Source of the DNA: Trichinella spiralis
Taxonomy: Eukaryota
Reading direction: 5' to 3'
NCBI RefSeq assembly: GCF_000181795.1
Contig: NW_003526943.1
Coordinates: 11,770,007 to 11,834,006 of the forward strand
Length of the DNA stretch: 64,000 bases
The notes under the pieces were generated by a model, which saw nothing but the letters and a program-made list of their open reading frames with translations, ran no database searches and had not been told where the DNA came from. The position numbers were made by a program, and so were the translations under genes. How positions within the stretch are numbered: the stretch's first letter is position 1; every line of letters begins with the position of its first letter. Shown here one piece after another: positions 54,301-64,000 of this stretch.

Positions 54301-54718
54301 CAGTTATTTTTGGAATGAATTAAAGAATTGTATTGTTTTTTCTTCAAGTCTAAAAAATTGTAATCAGATTATTAATGCAATGTTAATTTGCAAAAGCCGA
54401 GATATGATGTTCTTTTTTTGTAGATCAGGATGCAGACAAAGTTTTAGCCCCGGCCACTCCTCTGTTCAAGCAGCGTTTACCTTCGTTATTTCGACGTGCT
54501 AAAAGTAGACTTGAAAAATTTGGCGTTCAGACTGTTCTGGAGACACCTCCAGATAAGACCAACTCTGAAGAAGACGGTAATTAATTTTTAGATATTTTTT
54601 TTATTTTTGAAAAGTATAATTTGAAGAATATTTTTAAATATTTTCAGGTAAACTATCTTCAACCGCTGCAAGTAACGCTAGCAGAAACAGAGTAATAACA
54701 AGATTGAATTTTAATTAG
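51349..54718 (+). CDS. TICRR: Treslin/TICRR (Sld3 ortholog)-like replication initiation factor, about 15 exons; start uncertain
   Basis: Spliced QYKLQGFFYLAVL...VADYFQALTLLEGSKALNKILENFVFPMLSKHLPRHLTCLYMSLNVSLPSKL resembles the Sld3-Treslin domain. Exon 54424-54577 has LAPATPLFKQ...VQTVLETPPDK, resembling the paired CDK sites. Confidence 0.72.
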
Positions 54719-55529
54719 ATAATAATTAAAAGATCAATGTTATTCTTTATCTATTTTAAGGACAGTTGTTGGTTTAATATGTTAACTGCTAATTTTGTTA
54801 AATTGATAGTGAAAATTGTTTTTGGCAATTATTTAATGCCTCTTTTATTTGCAAAGCACAGAACAGAAAAGATCCATTTTACTGCATACATTAAGATTTA
54901 TTATGTTGTTTCAGTTGGTTTTGTTGAAAAAGTTTGTTGAACGTAAGTTTCTGTATGCAATTTAAAATTTTTTGACAACTGCAATAAAAATTGTCATTGT
55001 TGTTATGCTTTGCTGAAAGCTAATGAAAGAAATTCCCATTGCCCAAAATGAAAATTGCTCAAATTTTCAGAACAATTTTCCTCATACATTTTACAGATTC
55101 ACTTCTGACTGAATTCAGTCAGGTTACTTCTGATAAATTTTTCGTTTTTGAATATTCATTATTTTGTCATTATTCATGGTCGCAAATTAATAAATTACAT
55201 TTGGTATCATCTGACGATTATATTTTTAAGGGACCTGAGCTCACTGAAACTATGATATTTGGTTTTCGATGAATTTAACTGAATTTGTATAAATTCAATT
55301 TGATCATAGCACTTCAAAAACGTACATAGATGGCTATTTTTAATTAATATAGCACAGAGAAAAATGGTAGAACTGAAGGCAGAAAATGTGAATAAAATAC
55401 GTAAGTAAAGAAATGACAAGCGAGAAAATTCTTTCAGACAACCAAGCATGATGGGTGGAGTTATATAATTAAAGTAACTTAAGGAATTCAGAACTGTTGT
55501 CATTTACGTTTTACTTGCATTCATCACTG

Positions 55530-55960
55530 AATAACCACCTCCTACTAGGCCATCCATTAACTTTAGCTTTATGTAAAAAAATAATAGTAATAGAAGTCCT
55601 ACTGCTGCAAAAGAAATGCTTGAAGCAAATGAGCATCAAAACGAATTTGTAAAGGTAACGGTAATAAATTGGAGGCTCTGTTATAATTTTTTGCGTCATT
55701 CGTTGGGCTCAGTTCAATTCATATGACAAATGCTTTACGGTCTCTATTCTATTCTACTGAGAACTTGAATGTCCATCTAGTTTCACTTGCTGATAACTGA
55801 TTTTTTTAAATAAAAAGCGCACGTTCACAATACGAGCAATTTCAATATGTATAATTCTTTAATGGAATGATCTGATACGGTCAGAATTTTGGCAGCGTAT
55901 TCCTACTGGTTGTTAGAAATTGTGTTTTCATTGGATGATAATGGCTTAGCTTAGTTATGG
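55530..55960 (-). mobile_element. Possible highly decayed LTR-retrotransposon RT/linker relic
   Basis: Weak fragments CAFYLKKISYQQVKLDG (cf. KC.F....V.YLG) and KVNGWP. Many stop codons. Confidence 0.35.
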
Positions 55961-56559
55961 TCCCATAAAATTAGATATTGAACATCACGCTAATGTCCAT
56001 CATCACCCTAATCTCAGTACTAGCCCTGCGTGTGCTCTGTCCTAAAATAATCATTATTAATTATTCTCGTTGGCAGGCATGGAGCATAAATTGGTTTTTC
56101 TTCTGTCATCCAGGCTTTTGTTACCTTTTCATTTGCACTAGCATAGCAACAATTCCATACAATGAAGAGGTAGTGGAAGGTCCGGAGAAAATAGCTGTAC
56201 AGAACTGGCAGGAACCTCCAGTAGTGAAAGAAACATTCATTTTTTAGGTTTGTAAAAAATTTTCAGGTGTGGTAGAGCTGCTTCATGCACTGATTTAGAA
56301 GGCATAATGTGAAATGAAAATGCTTTTGGCTATTTGAAGCGATGATCAACTGCACCACTAGTGTTGGTGTGCATCAAATTTCAGAAAATCCTTCATGCTG
56401 GATGTTGATACTGGTTCGTAAAAGGCGCTTCAGAACTGGTTCCTAGGTGACGCTAGTGGGGGACATTAGGTGCATAGCCATAAGCATAAAGAGTGATTAG
56501 TGTTGATTTATGAAAGCATGATGAATAATCAGGATAAAATAATCAGCATAATGAATAAT

Positions 56560-57560
56560 CAACATTATCTGCTGCGCAATTTTTTATCTTTTGCATTATG
56601 GTTTCGTTAAATGGATTTTGCCTTTAACTAATGATTCTGCAAGAACAGGGTGTATGTAATTGGAGATCAAGCACAACCCGTGTTTCATGAGTAGTTCGGC
56701 TTGATTTTTCACGATTGATGGGCAGGGCGCTAGGTGTTGTATGAATAGGAAATTTTCCCTCCCTTGTTTCCAACTATCATGAATTATTTTCTGAAATTAC
56801 GATCTTTTGTTACGACGACCTTCCATATTGCTTGTTCATAGGATGCGCGATGAAAGTGGGCAATTTTAGCATGCTGAATTGCACCTCTGTTTAAGAACTA
56901 TTGGAACTCATCTGAGGAGTACTGGAATGTGTTGCCAGACACGATGGTATTTAGCAGTCTGAGAATCAGGAACAATTGCCTTAGTTCATCTATTATTGCT
57001 TTTTGCATTTCATACGCTGCTGTGACTTTTGACTATTTTGAAAATGTGTAAACGACACTTCACAATGTTTTTTTTTCAAATGATCCAGCGAAGTTGGTGT
57101 GCAATCAAAGGTACAAAGGTTATTTGGAATTTTCCAAGAGTGGACTTGAGTTTCAGGCATTGCGGGTCTTAGCGGATGTCAAACTTCAAATCACTTAACC
57201 ATCTTAATCTCATTTTTGACAGAAAAAGTAAATCTTTGCCAGCTCCTTCATTCAGGCACTTCTTTGATGATCCTCATGACTTTGAAAATGTGAATGAGTA
57301 GTGATCGTTTCTGCTTTAGCGAAACAATTCTATTCCTTCCAATCAAGCATTATTCTGCATTGAAATTTCTAGTTGTGACGATAAAGTAGTTTAAAATTTT
57401 CTTCCTAAATTACATTTTGTTTGACCTTTCATTCCATGCCAAGTTTAGAATTTGTTATATTACAGAGTTACATAGTGGCATTCTAGCAATATCACTTGTT
57501 TCTGTGATTATTCTTTCATTTGACTCTAACATATAAGCACTGTTAAAGGTGGAAAAAATC
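56560..57560 (-). mobile_element. Ty3/gypsy (K02A2.6-like) pol relic: linker, integrase zinc region and core
   Basis: Fragments YMLESNERIITETSDIARM, HEDHQRSA*MKELAKIY (cf. H.GHPG..RMK.LARSY), AIIDELRQLFLILRLLNTIVSGNTFQYSSDEFQ*FLNRGAIQHAKIAHFHRASYEQA (cf. IVSDNG.QF.S.EF..FL...GI.H...APYHP.SNGQAER), AELLM. Confidence 0.8.
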
Positions 57561-58212
57561 AGGATAAGTGCGATACTTCAGAATTTTGGGTAATTCCTTT
57601 TTATATACTGATGTGGGTAAAATAAAACTTTCTTAGCAGTCCCACGTTCTCACTTATTTTGTTATGTAATATTACCTACTAAACATTGCTTCGAGTTATA
57701 TCTTTCATTAGAATTATGCCCAAGTGACGCAGGTTCAACTCCTTGGGAACCTCTGGCAGCTCACGAATGTCAAACTGAATAGAAATATTTTCCATTCCCA
57801 ATACAATGTATTTTGATATACATTTATTTTAAAATTCAGACAGTACCATATCTTTCCAGAATTAATATATAGAATCAAAGAAACTGAAGCTATTACTTGT
57901 AGAAAACAAAAGGAAAATTGGGATTAAAATTGTAGCAATGGGAATGAGAATACTTACGCATCACTTATAAATAATAGATTTATTTCTTAATTTCAAAATG
58001 TCAGATTAAGTAATAATCCAGATTGTGCCTGAATTTACATTAGGAAAATCAAACAATGGGATATTTTTTGGGTGAATGTTCATTTATTGCAATGCAGTTG
58101 ACAGTTTCCCGGTGTATTAAAAATTGTTTATAGAATTTTCAATTCACCAAAGAAGATTCCAACTTTTCAATGCACAAAATTAATCACATGCACAGTAAAC
58201 AGTATAATTATA

Positions 58213-59537
58213 TTAGGTGCATGCATCCAAGTTCTTCGTGGTGATCATCTTTCTGAATAAGTCAGCTGCTTCTTTGCTCAAAACGCAAGCAACGCTTGCT
58301 CCATATTTTGCATCATTCGCCTAATTGATTTTAAATTTAGTAAAGGAAAGAATGAAAAATTAATTCAATCATACCGTTCTTCCAGTATTGCTTAAGCATA
58401 TGAAATCAGAATCTGATTTCGGAACAGACCATCTTGCACTGTCTTGTCCTATTGGAATTTCAGTATCTCTAACAGTTATTGGCCCTAATACATTTTCCAC
58501 TTTTAATGTGCCAGTGCATGATTTTCTCAAAACAGTTGCAGTTGTTCCAGGTGTGTAAACTTGGAAGGATTTTTGCATAGTTTTAACGATATAATTCAAA
58601 TATATATCTGAAAATACAAAATTTTTTCTGTTTAATATATTTTTTATTAATTTGCTGAATTCAGATGTACCCGATGAATATGCTACTGGTGCTGATGCAA
58701 ATATTTTCACAGTTCCTGGAGCAGTCAAGGTCCTTATGCTATCAGTAGAAGTAGTTGCAGTTGGCTGATACTTATGCAATCCATTAACGAGTTTTTGAAT
58801 TTCAGTTGAATCGTAGAATGGCTGGGCGGCTGCTACTGCCGATCTCTGAGCAAAATACACGATGGGTTGTTCATAATCAATTATTTTTGCTAAAATCATT
58901 TCTGCTTTTGAATTTTATTTCAATAAAATAAAACTGCATACCAATAGCCCTTAAATTAACATCAGAATATGACATGCATAAAAATGCAGCTGCTTCCTTT
59001 GTGGTCTTTTCATTCGAAAATAGATCTCCTATAGCAAGTGCTAAATTTGGAAAATACTTTGCTGTGTGTACCAACCAAAATCCTTTATTATTATCCTCAG
59101 CCATTATTACACCTAAATAAGAAATCATGTTGTCATAATTTTAATGTGATGCATTTCTCATATACCTTTTCCAGGACTCATGGGAAGTTCAAACTTAAAA
59201 TGTGGAGGATAATTGCTGTATGCTACAATATTTGTATTGGGCTTGTTTTGTGAACCAATATAAATATTCATTGTAGAATGAATTGGTTGCTGTTGGGCAT
59301 CTATATCTGCTGCAGCTGACCAGTCTGTTGCAGCAGTTGGTAGAAGATGATGTGAAGATTTCCCTCCTGGCAATTTATAGACAAAGAACCTGAAAAGTAT
59401 TATTAAATAGTTAGATTTATTGTGCACTTGAATTTTCATTACCAATCCACATCATTATTTTGTTCTTTGCATTGGTAATCAATGGGTGTTACACCTAACT
59501 GCAAGGTATATAGAGCTATAACATAAAATATGAACAT
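58213..59537 (-). CDS. Secreted DNase II / plancitoxin-1-like protein, multi-exon, catalytic histidines substituted
   Basis: Signal peptide MFIFYVIALYTLQLGVT; VDW|FFVYKLP, IVAYSNYPP, GFWLVHTAKYFP, FLCMS, DIYLNYIV, FICLSNTGR, YGASVACV. Confidence 0.92.
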
Positions 59538-60014
59538 TTTTCTAATTTTAAACAACGTCTGCTCAGAGTGCACTATATATACAGATGCGTTTAGACACTA
59601 AATAAACAAGGAAGCAAAAAGATTATGAATTTTTATTGTCATGATTTTTGTTTTGCGTGATCGTTATTTTTTTTCATTGTTTAATAGTTTGTTGAGTTTG
59701 TAGTATAATTTTGAGTGTACATTAAATTGTTCCATCTGTCTGAATTCAAGTAATTTCATATTAATTGTACAGCATCGAAATTTGTTGTATTAATACTCTT
59801 TTAACAGCTAATTAAATTTAAGGATTGAAGCTTATTGCGATGTTATCAATAAAAAATTTCTGCTTTTGTCGTACGTAAATGTTGTTTTGTGTTTTGTTAA
59901 ATTTTTAATGTTGCATCAAATTTATTAAATTTGTTTTGTGTTTTAATTTTGCTATCCTGTGAAATAAATTTAACACTGCTTTGAAATATGCTGTGGAATA
60001 TTTCTTTATCATTT

Positions 60015-60680
60015 TACTTTATTTCACACTGCAATTATATTTATAGCCTCAACTAATGTTAAAATACAGTTTATGAAAACCTCTTCTTTTTTAATGTTTT
60101 TTTTGCTATAGATATTTACATTTATAATTGTGGCAAAACTAAAAATTACTGTTTTAATTTGCTTCAGTATATTTTATTATTAGTTGCTTTGAATATAATT
60201 TTGGCATATTTTATTAAATATTGTCTTAAGTAGGACTATTATAAGGTTAATTCAAATAACTTCATAGTAATATTCTTATATAAAGGAAATTGTTACACCA
60301 ACCCTCATTTAGCAGCTAATTAAATTTAAAAATAAAAACTTGTAGGAATGTCAGTAATCACAAATTCTTTGTTTTACTATTACGTCATTTTAGTTACGGC
60401 TTTTGGTCAAATCAAGTAAAACTTAAGTTTGCAATTCTTCATGCAAAATTAGTATAAATTTGAAATATAGAAGAAATATTGTGAAATGATTTCTTTTTAT
60501 TTCACATTGTGATTATATTTATAGCATTAACGAGAGTTAAAATGTAGTTCAGAAAACCACTTCTTTTTTTAATGTATTTTTTACTAGTCATTTGCATTTA
60601 TAAGTGTGGCAAAACTAAAAGTCTCTGTTTTAACTTGCTGTTACAAATTTTAGTAATAGTTGTTTTGAATAGAATTTTAG
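60015..60680. repeat. Diverged direct repeat pair of about 190 bp (about 60015-60205 and 60495-60680)
   Basis: Shared blocks TTTATTTCACA, ATTATATTTATAGC, GTTAAAAT, CTTCTTTTTTAATGT, CATTTATAA.TGTGGCAAAACTAAAA, TAGTTG.TTTGAATA in the same order. Confidence 0.85.
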
Positions 60681-60974
60681 TTTTATTGAATTGCATCATA
60701 AAAATTTCTTCTGCTGTTGTAAATATTTGACCAGTGACGCTATATTACACATTATGCTCTTTCAAAATGTTTTATAGACATTTCTTGTAATTTCATTTAT
60801 TGTTTTGTTGTGTGTTAATCGCTTTTCACATTATTTAATATAATTTAACGTAATTTAATAATAATTCAATTCAATATATTATTTCATTATTTTACCACAT
60901 TTATCTAATTTCCAAGCCACTGTTCAAATTAATCAGTAAATTGTTTATATTTATTGCCTTATTATGGATTCAAC

Positions 60975-61430
60975 AAATTCACCTTTAAACGACCTTTCGA
61001 GTTTTCATGCAGAAAAAAACCCCTGATGGGTCGACATCTCCTGTGTAGCAACCTAAATCAGGCCACCTTATATATGCGTAGTGCTGACGCAATGGGATTA
61101 CTTATTATTTGATCGCATCTTCAGTTCTGATACCCAATGGTTCAAACCACTTCATGCCAGGTGAGTCAGGGCAATAGCCTTTAGCAACGATAATTCTCAG
61201 TCTTACATGACTAACTGAATAATCAGCGTTGACAAAGCAACTTCCCATCAGTTCAAATGGCTTACCGTGGAAACTAAACGGTAAGAAAGCAGACGCAGCT
61301 AACTTCACAACGCCTTCACTTTTTTCACTCGTGAAATATCAATTACAGCTTGAAGCTGTTATTATTGGTAAAACAGCACCACCTATTTTCATTAGTAAAA
61401 TATCATCAGTGGCTGTTTTTTTATTTTAAG
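60975..61430 (-). mobile_element. Ty3/gypsy retrotransposon aspartic-protease region relic
   Basis: Interrupted frame ...SFHGKPFELMGSCFVNADYSVSHVRLRIIVAKGYCPDSPGMKWFEPLGI then LGCYTG.VDP, typical of K02A2.6-type protease and downstream linker (LLG..WF..LGI; LG.Y.G). Confidence 0.72.
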
Positions 61431-62149
61431 TCATAACATAGTTATAATAATATTAACATCAATATTAACATTAATATTATCTTATTATTCTAACAACTCT
61501 GACAGTCGTTTCTTTATTTTTATCATATTAGATTGTGTTTCTGTTGGCTTTTGTGCCGGTGTTTTGTTACATTCATTTTCATCGTGTGCGCTTGTCTGTT
61601 GATTTTTTTGTTATGGTGTATTTGATTTTGCAATTTTTGTGATTTAATATTTTTAATCTGTTTTAAATGAAATATTTTTTTATTTATTCGATTTTGACGT
61701 TTTTCATTTTTGCTTAATATAAGAAATGTGTTTTCCAGTCTTATATCTTTTTAAATTCACAATTCGCATATTGTGAATCAGTATTAACTGAATGAAATTA
61801 AAATTCAATAATGATTGTAGCATATTTTAATACACTCATAATATTTTTAAAATAATAAATCACTGAAATATTAACAAATATTATTCGGTTAGTTAGTGTC
61901 TAGTTTATTATGATATGTGTGATATGCTAAAACAAGTGTTGAATGAATACCAACTTCGTGTTATCTCTTGATTATGAAGGTAAATATAAATACCCTATAA
62001 ATTGGAGACATTCACATTCACAGATGATACCTTTTATTCCATTCTCATGTGCAACATATTCATACTGTACTTAAACATGATTTTCTTTAATAACAATACC
62101 GTACAAATCTGATCCAATCTAACAATCTGGTATTTAATCCTGTTATATT

Positions 62150-63889
62150 ATGGCAAGATCAACTAAACGTGGTGGGAAAAAAAACCGTAAAGTTGTATTC
62201 AGGAAGAACAGACTGAAGAACAAATGGAAAAACGAAAAACGGAAGCGTGGAATTAGAGTGTAATAGTATTACAAAATTTTTGCACTAATGCACTGGTCAG
62301 CTTTAAATGTCGTTCGACTAATGTGTTATTTTCAAGCAGAAAAGGAGTGATTTCGAATTCCATCACAAAAATTGTGCAATGAGAAATAACTTTAAATACT
62401 GTGAATGTTTTATATTAAGAAATTTAAAAGTTTATGATGGATATTTTTAGGCAAAACAATCTTATTCAACAAGTTTGGGACAAAACTGCATCTAATAAGA
62501 AAAACATGCGTAGAATGGGGCTTGTTTTTGACGTAAACGGTCGTTTATCTGGCATGGTATTTTTATGTTGGCTTCATTAAATTTTAAAATTACTTTCAGT
62601 TTGCTATCTTATTGTAAAGTGCTTTCATTTGATCATTAGTTTTTGTATGATTTTGATGATTAATATGAAATAGTTTCAGGCTAATGAAAAAGTTGGCAAC
62701 AATGAAGACAACCAAACATCGAAATTTATCGAAAGTAATGGTGTTTTCTTCAACAATCATTTATTACAAAAGCATTTTAATTTTAGCTTTTGAGGAAGAA
62801 CTGAAAAAGAGATGTGTGAAAAGTCATTATTTACCAATTTCAGAATTGAAATTTTTAGTTTACATGATGGAAAAGCACGGTGAAGATTTTGAAGTGAGTT
62901 AAACAGTATTAAGTAATAATATATGTATGCAGGCATACTCCGCTTAACGCTCTTGGCTCGTTCCTGAGAAAAGAGCGTTAAGCGAAACAGCGTTGTACGG
63001 GGTCGTTATAGCATGTGTTTATAGTACATCCGTTCCAACAAAAATCAGAATATATACAGCAAAATTTGAAATATTCATAAAAATGTTTACATATTTTATT
63101 GTATTAATCGTTGTAATGATAGACCAGGCTTTGATTTCTCAACTTTAGGTTTCTTGGTGATGAAACTATGAAGCGTTAACTGTCTTACCTTACAGTTTTC
63201 TTTCATGTAGAATTTCTTGATAACAAGATATCATTTCAAGAACATCCTGTCTTGCTTTGTAACTCCGTTCATCCTCAGGATCCTGTTCTGTGAACTGGTC
63301 CATGATTTCTCTAATGTTGGTGATGCTATTCTTTGGGAATTCTGCTGTTATAGTTCTCAAAGGTATAATATCCTCTTTTGAATCAACGACTGTTGGCGTT
63401 TATTATCAGTGCATAAACAATGCCAGCCGTTTCAACTCATCATTGACAAGGCTCTCGTTATGAGGTAATGAACACAGCACACCAAAAATACATGACCGAA
63501 TATATGAAATCTAACAGAATCCAAACCAGTTATCGTAAATAATTGATAGAATGTATGAAATAACTCAAGCAGCATGATGTAATAAAATCGTTTCAGTACT
63601 GTTAAAAATATTTAGCCAAATGAGAAATTCATGAAATTTAAGGAAAAATGAGTCACGTGACATGCCAAAAAACTGGCGTTAAGCGGGGTATGCCTGTATA
63701 TATATATAGTAATGAATCTTTGAAATATTTCTTAATTGTAATTTCTCTAAACAGGCAATGGCGCGCGACTCTAGGAATTATTTTCAACGTACAAGCGGTC
63801 AAATGAGACGAGCTATTCAAGCTTTCAAGAAAATGCCTATACAGTATAATGCTTATTTGCGATTGAAAAATGCTGCAGTTAATGAATAA
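62150..63889 (+). CDS. NOP16: Nucleolar protein 16, about 5 exons
   Basis: Basic N-terminus; IQQVWDKTASNKKNMRRMGLVFDVN; FLVYMMEKHGEDFE|AMARDSRNYFQRTSGQMRRAI. Confidence 0.92.
62281..62401 (+). ncRNA. Candidate intronic H/ACA snoRNA in NOP16 intron 1
   Basis: Hairpin TGC..GCACTGGTC...GACTAATGTGT..GCA, H box AGAAAA, hairpin GGAGTGATTTC..CACAA-aaa-TTGTG..GAAATAACTTT, then a variant ATA box. Sense to a ribosome-biogenesis host gene. Confidence 0.5.
62930..63696 (-). mobile_element. Non-autonomous Tigger/pogo (Tc1-mariner) element in the last NOP16 intron
   Basis: TIRs CAGGCATACTCCGCTTAACGC and GCGTTAAGCGGGGTATGCCTG (20/21 match). TA on the right flank, TG on the left. Internal minus-strand remnant FTEQDPEDERSYKARQDVLEMISCYQEILHERK resembles a Tigger transposase C-terminus. 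Confidence 0.9.
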
Positions 63890-64000
63890 AATTATTGGAA
63901 ATAATCGTCAATTAAATGCATTGAGACATCGTAATTTGGCACAGGATGCAATTTTAATGCTACAGACATCGAAATCAAAATGGGCCGATTGTTTGTTGAA

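Noticed and set aside
57720..57760. tRNA T-loop-like GGTTCAACTCC
   Set aside because: No cloverleaf or A box could be built.
61105..61392. In-frame TGA after SSCN suggesting a selenoprotein; several local hairpins suggesting a structured ncRNA
   Set aside because: The frame matches a retrotransposon protease region and carries other stops. No convincing SECIS, RNase P/MRP or telomerase-template motif was seen.

Overview
AT-rich, gene-dense eukaryotic DNA with short GT-AG introns. It is most consistent with a clade I nematode such as Trichinella (plancitoxin-type DNase II, K02A2.6-type retroelement relics); this is an inference. Genes in order: FAM136A (-), two tandem full-length ABCA transporters (+), BOLA2 (-, absent from the ORF track), eIF4H (-), TFIIA-gamma (+), YIPF5 (+), a divergent pair of related SEA-like genes, three related Cys/Gly-rich secreted-protein genes, a compact Treslin/TICRR-like gene (+), a DNase II-like gene lacking both catalytic histidines (-), and NOP16 (+). 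Mobile DNA: a hAT-like MITE, two piggyBac relics, Ty3/gypsy pol relics flanking the DNase II gene, and a Tigger/pogo element in a NOP16 intron. Two intronic H/ACA snoRNA candidates lie in BOLA2 and NOP16. The most notable observations are the minimal Treslin with paired CDK sites, the His-to-Asn change in NBD2 of both ABCAs, the SEA-like pair, and the DNase II gene lying between co-oriented retroelement fragments. Exon boundaries were read by eye and homologies come from recalled family motifs; no database searches were run.
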